Positions 29,711 through 38,142 of a DNA stretch of 64,000 nt are shown here, piece after piece (positions within the stretch are counted from its first letter, which is position 1; each line of letters opens with the position of its first letter). The position numbers and the translations under genes are program-made. The stretch spans positions 3,162,001 through 3,226,000 of the forward strand of contig OZ059900.1 of assembly GCA_964057225.1 (NCBI GenBank), in the 5' to 3' direction. The notes beneath the pieces were generated by a model. It was not told where the DNA came from. It saw only the letters and a list, made by a program, of their open reading frames with translations, and made no database searches. This DNA comes from Auanema rhodensis. Taxonomy: Eukaryota; Animalia; Nematoda.

Positions 29711-32700
29711 TTAGAAGATGTCCTGGAACTCGATCGTACTGTCCTTACTGGGTGATGTTCGTGACTGCTTGGCTGGTGGTAGGTCTGTTTCTGTCCTTTT
29801 TGTTCTCAGTTTTCTTGGTGGTGTTTGGGTGTCCTTTGATAAGGTTGGCTGAATGGTCTTTGGGACCATTTGCTTCAATAGGTCCTTGATCTGTCGGAGT
29901 TCATCCAATATGTCCTTGCCTTTGTCGTCATTGTTTGATCTCATAATAATTCGAGTCAAAGTTGAAAGATCCTCACCGATGTTGCGGGTTGTGAGATCTA
30001 TCCTTTTGAGTTCGGGCATAGCTTCTACGACTATAATGTTGCTCTTTGTAGTGGGAGCTGGATCCCTTTCCTTCTGGACCTTTGTAAATCCATAAGGCAT
30101 GTTCTTAAGTTCGATAGAGCTAAGATGGTCTTTCTGAATGTTGCGGACGAGGTCTGTGAGGCGCTTCTCATTGCCAAAAATTCTAAGCTTTTCCTTTTCC
30201 ATATTAAAAACATAAGATGTTTTAGCTGTAGATAGGAAATCTTTGAGCTTGATGTATGCTATTAAAGCATTAGCTGCGACATCGTTGACCTTTCCGGTGG
30301 GGGTTTCCTTGTTCTCCTCTAAGCTAAAGAGAAGCTTCAGGGTGGAGTCCATGGTCCTAGTCAGTTCTTTGAGGCATTCGGTCCTCTTTTCCAAGGGAAG
30401 TCGGATGTATTTCTGGCATCTATGATTGGAGCGATCAATGACACCTTGAATATCGGAGCAGCGAGTAGTAGGAATAGACATTATAGTGAGTATGAATACG
30501 AGAAGGATGTGAGTCTTTCTTTTGTATAGAAGAAAGAGCTGGCGGGCGAAGAAGCTGGTGACAGCGATGGGTAACCAGAGAATAATTTTTACGAGGTGAA
30601 TGATGACATGGGCGGAGCTGACGGTGAATTTTGTTGCGTAAGCCGCGATGATGTGATAAGAAACAGCAAGGGCTAGCATTACTATAAGGATGCAGATTGC
30701 AATTTCTTTGTACCAGCCTAGGTAGATGTTGTAGAAATGGGTAATATCGGGCCATTGAAAGGTAATAGCTGTTTCGTGAAGTGAGGAGTGGTTTCCTTCT
30801 ATGTAGTGTTTCTGCAGGTCCTGAATATTGCTGACGTAATATAATATTCCTGTTAGAGAGAAATATTGTATATTGTGTCCGCATGAATATGAACAGTTGA
30901 TCCATGGTGATGCTGTAGTGATAGGTAATCGAATATTGTTTGATGTTCCTTTTGGACTGCATTGTAGCATAAAGGCTGTGTCACCGCAGTTCGTGGCAGC
31001 TAAAGCATTTATGGGTGAAGTACATATGATGTTGGCTTGTGCTCCGTTTTGGCAGTTGTAGCATCCTCTAACCATTGAGTCATGGATTAAACATGTCGAG
31101 TCGTCGTGCGATGATGATACATTGAAGATTCCATCCACTGTTACATAAATTTCTGCCATCATGTTGCGATAGATGTTGATTTCAAGGTTCCGTTGTGACT
31201 GTTCGATTGAGTAAGCAGGTGTGAATATAGGTAAAATGGTTTGAACACTGTTAAAGACTGATTGAATGTTCTGGTTTTCACAATGGCAGTTGACTGAGTC
31301 TTCTGCAGGAGTGCATTCACACTGAGGGTTTGCTTTACAGTCCAATTTCTTTGCTTTTTCATGAGATGAGCATGTCAGTGTAGACTTCATGTTCCATATG
31401 GCCAGTCTTGTCAAATTTCTAATAAATTGTCCTTGCATTCTTGGAATAATAGGAGGTGTTAGACTGATTGCGGAGAATTTGAAAGGATGTACGTCTGTTT
31501 GAATGTCCGAATGAAGCGTGATGTTCCGTGAAGTGGTTGTGGTTCCGTTCAGATAGGTGATATGTAGTTGTGTGGAAGGTATCCATTCGTTACATGAAAA
31601 GACTTCGTAAACAGATTTGTCTATAGGTTTCATGTAGGTGCGGTAGAAGAGGCATCCTGAAGATGGATAGAAGCAGCCACAGCCAAATCCTCCGCAGGAT
31701 TCTGTGCAGTGTGTAGATCCAGGATATTGGTTGGCTAGTTCTAGTTCGTGAACCATGGTGTCCGATTGAATGGTGCTGCATTTGTTTTCTTGGCAAGATC
31801 CAGTTCTTGCGCATCTTTTGCTATTCTTTACATGAGTACTGGTTGCTCGGGTGAAGAAGAGTGAACGGATTTCACAGAAGTATGTTGTTTTGATCCATTG
31901 TATGCGCAGAAAGGAGAACTTGTTCTGATTGTTAGTGAACGTTAGGCATGCTTCTTGTGTGTACGGGCTGATAGTGAGAGATTGTCCAGTCTGTATCTTG
32001 CATGTTTCTTTGTTGCATGAGGATTCTTGGGAAGTGCTCATACTAAGTTCTTGGCAAGCCATTGATTGGTGAATTAACAGAAGCGTTATTAATGGGATAA
32101 CTGTTTTCTTGTTAAATCTATTTGTCCGGATGTATAGCTGTCCGAATAACGATGTGCATATTGCGTATATGAAGTTGGTCCAAAGTCTGATGGCTTTTCC
32201 AATGACCCATGGTGAATGCAATAGTCCGTAGCAAATGGCTGTGATTATGTAGGTTATGAAGCTGAATAGTAACATAGAGATCCAGGGCCAGCAAGATGGG
32301 TTAAATAATGTGGCTGAGCAGAACGTGCATGACACTGTAGAGCAAAAATGAACTGCTGGACAGTTTAATGTCATGTATTGTAGTCTGGAGTTGTGATTAA
32401 AGGTCCAAGTTACTTCGTAGTCTGATAGGATGTCCTCAAGAGGAAGAGTTATCAATCCTCCTTCACTACTGTTGTAACAAGTGTTGTGTGAGCATACTTG
32501 TTGATTATCCGTGTTCATTCCTTGTATCAAGACTCCCTTTGGATTGCAGGAGATAGTTGGATTGGCCATTGTTGTAGGTAGGAATATAGTGAATATTGTT
32601 AGAAGAGTGAGTATTGATGCAGTTTCTCCGTACCATTTTCTTTCAAGATTGCGAGGATTTTGTTGTCGTTGAGTGACTGCGGGGCTTATAGTTTCCAATT

Positions 32701-35700
32701 GAAGAGTTTGTGGAATATTGTCCGTGGATAGTTCCATTGGGTGTAGTAAGTTGACTGGTCTTTTCAATTCTCTTCCATTCTCTGATAGAAGTGTGACTTC
32801 CCTTATATTACCCGCTGAGTCGGGGTGAATATTCGTAATTCGTCCTGTTGGCCATTTGTGTCTAGGAATTGGGCTATCGTTGATCAAAACGATTTGTCCA
32901 ATTTCTGGTTTTGTGTTGGTGCCTGCTTTCTTCACGGATATTGTGTGGTGATGAGACTCTCGGAGTTCTTTGAGGTAGAGTTCAGACCATAGTTCCCAAA
33001 ATTTGTTTGTCCGTTTACGGGAAGAGTGTAAGGCTAGTTCCGTATCTGCTTGTGTTTGAAGAGCTGGATTGTCGATGTATTCTGAATCTTCATCTTCAGA
33101 TTCAATGTAGATGTTCAGATCTATGTCCTTATGGATGAAGTCGCATGGTCGAATGATTTCGTCTCTCGTCGTGTCTGATCCAATATAGGTTAGTGGTCGT
33201 GTGTTGATTGTCGCTTCACATTCTGCCAATGTGATTGACAATTCTTCTGTTGATGGTGTGCCGTGAAGTGTTTTGTATAAGGCATTTTTTACTGATCTTA
33301 TGAGTCGTTCATAAAATCCTCCTTGCCATGGGGCGTATGGAGTTATGTTGTACCATTTGATTCGATGCTGATTCTCGGAAGTGTTAGTAGTGGCTGTTAC
33401 GATGAGCTTGTTGGCGATTTTCTGTCCTAGCTCGAAGGTAGATGCATTGTCACATGTGATGCTTTCTGGGCATCCTCGTCTGGCCCAAATTTTTCTCAAG
33501 CAACTCAAGAAAGATTTAGTAGTTAAATCTTCAATCACTTCCAAGTGAATGAGTCTTGTGACGGTACAGGTGTAGATGCAGCCCCAAGCTTTCTGGTTTC
33601 GGTCCTGTGTTGTTATGGGTCCGAAGTAGTCTAGTCCAACGTGTTGAAATGGGCGACTTTTCCTTATACGTCTGCTTGGTACATCTCCTGAAGGTGGGTA
33701 GATGTATGGCCGATTGTTCATCTTTTGACAATCAGGGCATTTCCTTATTACGGATTGAGTTTGTGAGCGAAGTTGCGGTATCCAGTATTTTTGGCGAATA
33801 TCAGCCATTGTGTGTGCTGTGCTCTTGTGGAGTTGTCCGTGAACATGTTCGATTAATAATCTTGCCGTTTTTGTTTTAGGTAAGATTATAATCGGTAGTT
33901 TTGCACTCTCTTCGAGTTCAGCATTGTTCATACGTCCTCTACTATACCATAAATGGTTTCTAAGTAAAGGTCGCAAATCGTTCCTTTGGGCTGCTGATAG
34001 CCTGACCATTAAATTGTTTTGATGAAGGTGAAGAAGATTGGTTTCTGCTTCTTCATACATGGAAGGCGTATGAGTTGTTGTGAGTGGGTAGTGTACGGAT
34101 ATCCATTTTTGTTGAGCTTCAATCCAGGATGAGCAGTCTGATATCCAAGGTTCTTCATCGCTTGTTTCTGTAGTGGCTGCGTGTATCCGTATTTCTTCGT
34201 CACAGAGTGAAAACAGAGGTCCGTTTAAAGCTTTTTCTAGCTGTGCTTTTGGGTTCCACCAAAAGTGATCCTCAAGTTCTTCAGTTGTGCAGCCTCTTGT
34301 GGCTAGGTCCGCTGGGTTGTCTTTGGTGTGGATGTATCCAAATGAAGTTTTTATGTCCAGATCTTCGAGCTCTTCAATGTGATTAGAAATTTCCTTGATT
34401 CGGTTCTGTACTAAAACTCCTGTCGTTTTTTGGTCTGGTTTTTTGCGAATCCAAGCAAGTGTTATTTCTGAGTCGGAGAGGAATGTAGCTGTTAGAATCT
34501 TGATGTTGTCCTGTATTTCCTTCACGATTTTTAGCGTGTTAAAAACTCCAATCGTTAGTGCCGAGATTTCAGCCTTTGGAATTGTTATTGTTGAGTTTTT
34601 GGAATGCAATTTAGATTTTGCGAATATTAAGGCTAATTGTCGTGTTGATGCTGCGATTAAGTAGCAGCAGAATCCTAATGCATTGCCGCTAGAATCGGTA
34701 CATGTTACCAGATGATATTGTCCATTGGTATCCGATGGTAGGGGACGGGGGATCCTTATGTTGATGTGAAAATTTTCGCATAATTGTTTCCATCTGGTTT
34801 GGATTTCCATTGGTAGTGTAGTGTCCCAATCGAAACTTTCTGTCCATAGATTTTGAAGGAAGATTCGTAGTGGGTGTAAACTTGGGCAGATCATACCCAT
34901 TGGATCGAAGATTGATGCGATAGCTTGTGTGACTCCTCTCTTTGTTAGCTTGGTTTCCGGGATTTGAGCTTGAATTATCCATTGGTCTGATAATGTGTCC
35001 CAGGGAAGTCCTAATATTTTAGGTGTTGTGGAGGCATTCCGTTCTTCAGGAGTCAGATTTGAATTGAATATCTGATCGTTGGATATGAACTCTTGGAGTT
35101 TCATATTCATTTCCTGGAATATATCCTTTGTTTCGGAATACCACATTCTGACTTGGTCTGCTGAGTCAGAGGCAAGGAGTAAGTTGTCCACATAAAGATT
35201 GTCTTTGATTTTATGTGCTAGAAGACTTTCTGAGCTTTTCTTCTGTAGGTGGTGTCGTATGGTGGCTCCGAGAAGGAATGGTGATGCATTGATGCCAAAT
35301 GGTACTCGGCAGAATCGTAGAGTTCTGGTGTTGTCCGTGCTTAGTGGTTGATGAATATCTCTGAGCCAAAAGAAACGAGTAGCATCTCTTTCTGACTCAT
35401 GGAGTCGAATTTGTAAGAAGGCTTTTTGTACGTCCGCTATCATAGCTGTGTTTCCACATCTGAATCTTAGAATCATTCCAATTAGTGATGGTAAGATTAG
35501 TGGTCCTTGGTGTATGACGTCGTTCAAGCTAGGCTTGTTTTGATAATGTCCAGAAGCATCGTAGACAATCCTGATTTTAGTAGTCTCTTTCTGAGGAGTT
35601 ACTACTGCTTGGTGAGCTATGTAATGGATCCTGTATGCGTTGGGATAAGGGTCCTTAGCTTCTTCGATTATTCCTAGGTCCAACTGTTCTTCAATTATTT

Positions 35701-38002
35701 TGTTGTATCCTTCGAGTAATGTTGGTTGTTGGGATAGTTTTAGTACAAGACTGGTGAGTCTTTTGAGTGCTAAAACTTTGTTGTCGGGGAGTAGATGGGC
35801 GTTGTCTTTCCATGGGAATGATACGTAGTAACCATCTTCTTTTTGTTGGATTGTTTCCTTGAATTGATCCAGAATTAGTTTGTCTCTGGCGGTTTTTTCC
35901 TCAGCTTCTGTTCCGGTGAATTCGCTTTGTTCTTCTACAAAGCTTTTGTTCCATATTGGAATTGAAATGGATAAGTCTTCCGATATTACTGAGTGAGCAT
36001 TCAACGACTTCTGGTTTGTGGCTTGGCCGGTAATAAAGTCTCCGAACTGGGTGTGTACTACCATGTGTTCCTTGGATAATGGTTCGACTGAGATTAATGC
36101 TTGCCACATGAGGTCAGATCCTATGAGGATTCTTGGAGTTATCTTCATATTTTTGTTCAGCTTGTAGCACGTGTTGGTCGGTTTAGAGAATCGGACGGTA
36201 GAAATAGGTCCTGTTAGGACTTTCTTAGTCCAAAGTTGTGCGAGGATGTGGGAATTGTGTCCTTTGAACATTGTTTCCACTTTGTTGAGTCTTTCGATTG
36301 ATGCTGTGTTACCAAATGTTTTGATTTTGACTCTTTTGGATTCCACTATTGGGAGTTCCAGTTCCTTAGATAGGTCCTCGTCGATAAATGAAGTGTCTGA
36401 TCCACAGTCTAGTAGGGCTGGGATTGATATGGTCCTGTCCTTATGAAGGAGCTCTATTTGTCCAATGGGTAACAATGCGCTGTGGTATTGGTTAGTTTTC
36501 GTTTGAGTTGAAAACTGTATAACGTGTTCCTCTTCGTCCTCGTCTTCCATGGGGAAGCTGTTCGTTAAGTTGACTTTTGTCGTTTTCTTTTTGAAGCAGA
36601 GAAGGTCAATATGTTTTCCTCCACAGTTCGAACATAAGCGCTTGCTCGGGCATGCTTCTGTTGCGTGAGATTTTCTGAGACAGTTTATGCATCTTTTGTC
36701 CTGATTCAGTATGGTCAGTCTCTCTTTCCTTGTTTTTGGAGTGTCACAGGTCCATGGGGCGTGTGGTTTTTGACAAAATATGCAGCTGTTCGAGGTTTGC
36801 TTACCGGAAGGTTTTTTGTTATCCGGTTTTGGACGGTTATTGGTGACAAAGTTTTGTCTGTTGTAGGATTGATGCATGGTTCTTGGAACCGGTTTCGTCT
36901 GCAGGTCCGATGAAATGTTTTTAACCTCTTGTTCATGTTGGAGGTATTTTTCGGTATTGTCCACTAGTTGTCTCCAGTTCATGTTCGAGTTGGATCCTGA
37001 GCGGTAGACTTCTTGCAGGATGTGTCCAGGCAGTTTTTGTTGAATAAGGACGATGGCAAGTGCATTGAGGGCAGCTTCATTGTTCCTTTCAGTTTGTCTT
37101 GCTATCCCATTAATTTTTCTCATAAGGAGCAATAAGTCCTTGTTGCTCGGAGATTGCGCTTTCAGTTGTATGAAATCGAGCATGAGATATCGGAGAATTT
37201 TGTCTTCGTGATCGTAGACACTTCTCAGGTAGCTTACCGCTGGGTGGTACGACTCTTCATCAGTTGAAAATGAGGAAATCAATGAGGCTGCTTCACCCGT
37301 GAGTGATTGGCGAAGGTAATTGAACTTCTCAATGTCCTGTATGTTGGCGGTATGGATAAGCCGGTTGAAAAGTGTCCAGAAATTGGTCCAGTTCTTGATG
37401 TTACCATCAAACTTTGGAATGTCAACTGGTTTCACTGTCTGGCGATAGCGGTAATTATCTTGGACTATCATAGGATGTCCTTGATTGATGTTGGTGTCCT
37501 GGTTCGAGGGAAATCCTCCAATTGACTCTTCAAGTTGTGGAGTTTGTAGACGAGGAATTGTTCCTCTCAGGTCCTGATCTTGTCTCGAGTTGCGAAGAAA
37601 CTCGATTTGTCCTTCGATATGGATTTTGTAGTCCGTGAGAGATTTGATGTGTCTTCTGAGAGTACACTCGTTGGCGGTTAGGCGTTCTTGATCCTCTGCC
37701 GTTAGGTTGTCCGTTATGTTTCTCATTTCCTCGATCAAGTTTTGGATTGCTTCGGTGTCCTCTTGGATAGATCTTATTTCCGTGAGACGAATTTCAATCA
37801 TATTGGAGGCACGGTTAGAATGATAGTTAACCGTTCGGTTGACGAACGATTTCCTTTTGTTGTCCGATTCGCGAATCTTTTCCAATAGTTGGTAGCATTT
37901 TCCAATCCACGCTTCGGCGCGGGCTGTTTCACTAGGCTCGGCCTGATGCACCATGTTTTGCGCCGTCGTGTCCTTAGAAATGGGTGAGCGGAGCAGTGGC
38001 AT
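29711..38002 (-). CDS. gag-pol-env: Gag-Pol-Env polyprotein (2763 aa) of a BEL/Pao element, with an extra C-terminal domain
   Basis: Uninterrupted ORF with PKFDG...EKFNYLRQSL (BEL Gag), three zinc knuckles, LLDCGSDTSFI (aspartic protease), ADVQKAF/VPFG/YVDN (RT), TDSS/KAE/SDS/NPAD (RNase H), HHCC plus GLDYFGP/CDNA/FYERL (integrase), and a Cys-rich env with CGGFGCGCF. The true start may be M1 (38002), M17 (37954) or a later Met. Confidence 0.95.
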   Translation of the reverse strand: MPLLRSPISKDTTAQNMVHQAEPSETARAEAWIGKCYQLLEKIRESDNKRKSFVNRTVNYHSNRASNMIEIRLTEIRSIQEDTEAIQNLIEEMRNITDNLTAEDQERLTANECTLRRHIKSLTDYKIHIEGQIEFLRNSRQDQDLRGTIPRLQTPQLEESIGGFPSNQDTNINQGHPMIVQDNYRYRQTVKPVDIPKFDGNIKNWTNFWTLFNRLIHTANIQDIEKFNYLRQSLTGEAASLISSFSTDEESYHPAVSYLRSVYDHEDKILRYLMLDFIQLKAQSPSNKDLLLLMRKINGIARQTERNNEAALNALAIVLIQQKLPGHILQEVYRSGSNSNMNWRQLVDNTEKYLQHEQEVKNISSDLQTKPVPRTMHQSYNRQNFVTNNRPKPDNKKPSGKQTSNSCIFCQKPHAPWTCDTPKTRKERLTILNQDKRCINCLRKSHATEACPSKRLCSNCGGKHIDLLCFKKKTTKVNLTNSFPMEDEDEEEHVIQFSTQTKTNQYHSALLPIGQIELLHKDRTISIPALLDCGSDTSFIDEDLSKELELPIVESKRVKIKTFGNTASIERLNKVETMFKGHNSHILAQLWTKKVLTGPISTVRFSKPTNTCYKLNKNMKITPRILIGSDLMWQALISVEPLSKEHMVVHTQFGDFITGQATNQKSLNAHSVISEDLSISIPIWNKSFVEEQSEFTGTEAEEKTARDKLILDQFKETIQQKEDGYYVSFPWKDNAHLLPDNKVLALKRLTSLVLKLSQQPTLLEGYNKIIEEQLDLGIIEEAKDPYPNAYRIHYIAHQAVVTPQKETTKIRIVYDASGHYQNKPSLNDVIHQGPLILPSLIGMILRFRCGNTAMIADVQKAFLQIRLHESERDATRFFWLRDIHQPLSTDNTRTLRFCRVPFGINASPFLLGATIRHHLQKKSSESLLAHKIKDNLYVDNLLLASDSADQVRMWYSETKDIFQEMNMKLQEFISNDQIFNSNLTPEERNASTTPKILGLPWDTLSDQWIIQAQIPETKLTKRGVTQAIASIFDPMGMICPSLHPLRIFLQNLWTESFDWDTTLPMEIQTRWKQLCENFHINIRIPRPLPSDTNGQYHLVTCTDSSGNALGFCCYLIAASTRQLALIFAKSKLHSKNSTITIPKAEISALTIGVFNTLKIVKEIQDNIKILTATFLSDSEITLAWIRKKPDQKTTGVLVQNRIKEISNHIEELEDLDIKTSFGYIHTKDNPADLATRGCTTEELEDHFWWNPKAQLEKALNGPLFSLCDEEIRIHAATTETSDEEPWISDCSSWIEAQQKWISVHYPLTTTHTPSMYEEAETNLLHLHQNNLMVRLSAAQRNDLRPLLRNHLWYSRGRMNNAELEESAKLPIIILPKTKTARLLIEHVHGQLHKSTAHTMADIRQKYWIPQLRSQTQSVIRKCPDCQKMNNRPYIYPPSGDVPSRRIRKSRPFQHVGLDYFGPITTQDRNQKAWGCIYTCTVTRLIHLEVIEDLTTKSFLSCLRKIWARRGCPESITCDNASTFELGQKIANKLIVTATTNTSENQHRIKWYNITPYAPWQGGFYERLIRSVKNALYKTLHGTPSTEELSITLAECEATINTRPLTYIGSDTTRDEIIRPCDFIHKDIDLNIYIESEDEDSEYIDNPALQTQADTELALHSSRKRTNKFWELWSELYLKELRESHHHTISVKKAGTNTKPEIGQIVLINDSPIPRHKWPTGRITNIHPDSAGNIREVTLLSENGRELKRPVNLLHPMELSTDNIPQTLQLETISPAVTQRQQNPRNLERKWYGETASILTLLTIFTIFLPTTMANPTISCNPKGVLIQGMNTDNQQVCSHNTCYNSSEGGLITLPLEDILSDYEVTWTFNHNSRLQYMTLNCPAVHFCSTVSCTFCSATLFNPSCWPWISMLLFSFITYIITAICYGLLHSPWVIGKAIRLWTNFIYAICTSLFGQLYIRTNRFNKKTVIPLITLLLIHQSMACQELSMSTSQESSCNKETCKIQTGQSLTISPYTQEACLTFTNNQNKFSFLRIQWIKTTYFCEIRSLFFTRATSTHVKNSKRCARTGSCQENKCSTIQSDTMVHELELANQYPGSTHCTESCGGFGCGCFYPSSGCLFYRTYMKPIDKSVYEVFSCNEWIPSTQLHITYLNGTTTTSRNITLHSDIQTDVHPFKFSAISLTPPIIPRMQGQFIRNLTRLAIWNMKSTLTCSSHEKAKKLDCKANPQCECTPAEDSVNCHCENQNIQSVFNSVQTILPIFTPAYSIEQSQRNLEINIYRNMMAEIYVTVDGIFNVSSSHDDSTCLIHDSMVRGCYNCQNGAQANIICTSPINALAATNCGDTAFMLQCSPKGTSNNIRLPITTASPWINCSYSCGHNIQYFSLTGILYYVSNIQDLQKHYIEGNHSSLHETAITFQWPDITHFYNIYLGWYKEIAICILIVMLALAVSYHIIAAYATKFTVSSAHVIIHLVKIILWLPIAVTSFFARQLFLLYKRKTHILLVFILTIMSIPTTRCSDIQGVIDRSNHRCQKYIRLPLEKRTECLKELTRTMDSTLKLLFSLEENKETPTGKVNDVAANALIAYIKLKDFLSTAKTSYVFNMEKEKLRIFGNEKRLTDLVRNIQKDHLSSIELKNMPYGFTKVQKERDPAPTTKSNIIVVEAMPELKRIDLTTRNIGEDLSTLTRIIMRSNNDDKGKDILDELRQIKDLLKQMVPKTIQPTLSKDTQTPPRKLRTKRTETDLPPAKQSRTSPSKDSTIEFQDIF
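29714..30457 (-). other. C-terminal accessory domain of unknown function (~248 aa)
   Basis: Hydrophilic, charged, helical-looking region after the last hydrophobic segment HILLVFILTIMSIPTTRC; no family recognised. Confidence 0.6.
30635..32056 (-). other. env: Env Gc-like (phlebovirus G2-type class II fusion) domain with TM anchor
   Basis: Starts CQE after the signal-like VIPLITLLLIHQSMA; contains KRCARTGSC and the fusion loop CGGFGCGCFYPSSGC (31652-31696); several N-x-S/T sequons; TM IAICILIVMLALAVSYHIIAAYA. Confidence 0.9.
32057..32620 (-). other. Env Gn-like small Cys-rich ectodomain with signal peptide and TM
   Basis: Signal-like ASILTLLTIFTIFLPTTMA, then NPTISC...CPAVHFCSTVSCTFC...NPSCWP, then TM WISMLLFSFITYIITAICYGLL. 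Confidence 0.75.
32732..33850 (-). other. Integrase (HHCC zinc finger, DDE core, BEL-type C-terminal domain)
   Basis: HVHGQLH...CPDC; PFQHVGLDYFGP; ITCDNAST; APWQGGFYERLIRSVK; FWELWSELYLKELRE...KRPVNLLHPME. Boundaries approximate. Confidence 0.92.
34292..35625 (-). other. Reverse transcriptase and RNase H
   Basis: KIRIVYDAS, SLNDVIHQGP, ADVQKAFLQI, RVPFGINASPFLL, YVDN (35183-35194), KILGLPWD, IFDPMG, TDSS, NPADLATRG. Boundaries approximate. Confidence 0.93.
36050..36480 (-). other. Aspartic protease domain
   Basis: ALLDCGSDTSFI with D-C-G at 36401-36409 and downstream ILIGSD. Boundaries approximate. Confidence 0.85.
36596..36784 (-). other. Gag triple zinc knuckle
   Basis: CIFCQKPHAPWTC, CINCLRKSHATEAC, CSNCGGKHIDLLC. 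Confidence 0.92.
37937..37953 (-). promoter_or_regulatory. Primer-binding site, tRNA-Gly(GCC)-like (TGGTGCATCAGGCCGAG)
   Basis: Directly abuts the 5' LTR; TGGTGCATC is complementary to the ...GAUGCA-CCA 3' end of tRNA-Gly(GCC) (tRNA sequence from memory). Confidence 0.85.
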
Positions 38003-38019
38003 AGTTGGTTCAGTGGTAG
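37999..38019 (-). promoter_or_regulatory. U5 box complementary to tRNA-Gly(GCC) nt 1-21 (putative second tRNA-binding site)
   Basis: + strand GCATAGTTGGTTCAGTGGTAG versus tRNA-Gly 5' end GCAT(C/T)GGTGGTTCAGTGGTAG, 19/21; second copy at 29292-29312. Confidence 0.7.
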
Positions 38020-38135
38020 TTTTTTGTAGTGCTCTTGATCGAAGAGAATATGGAGAGAATATTTATTATGCAACGGTAACAAGAATAAATTCTTTTACAC
38101 TATTGACACATAAGAATTTGAGGAATCCTCTCGGC

Positions 38136-38142
38136 TTATATA
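38136..38142 (-). promoter_or_regulatory. Putative TATA box of the LTR promoter (TATATAA in GTATATAAG context)
   Basis: + strand CTTATATAC; upstream of AATAAA in element sense; copy at 29429-29435. Confidence 0.65.

Noticed and set aside
30435-30962. 175-aa alternative-frame ORF overlapping the env end, and other short overlapping ORFs at 29853-38082
   Set aside because: No motifs; consistent with off-frame by-products of the main ORF. Cannot be fully excluded without conservation data.
36401-36409. Protease DCG and RT YVDN as inactivating mutations
   Set aside because: Catalytic Asp retained; to my knowledge YVDN and D-S/C-G variants occur commonly in BEL/Pao elements.
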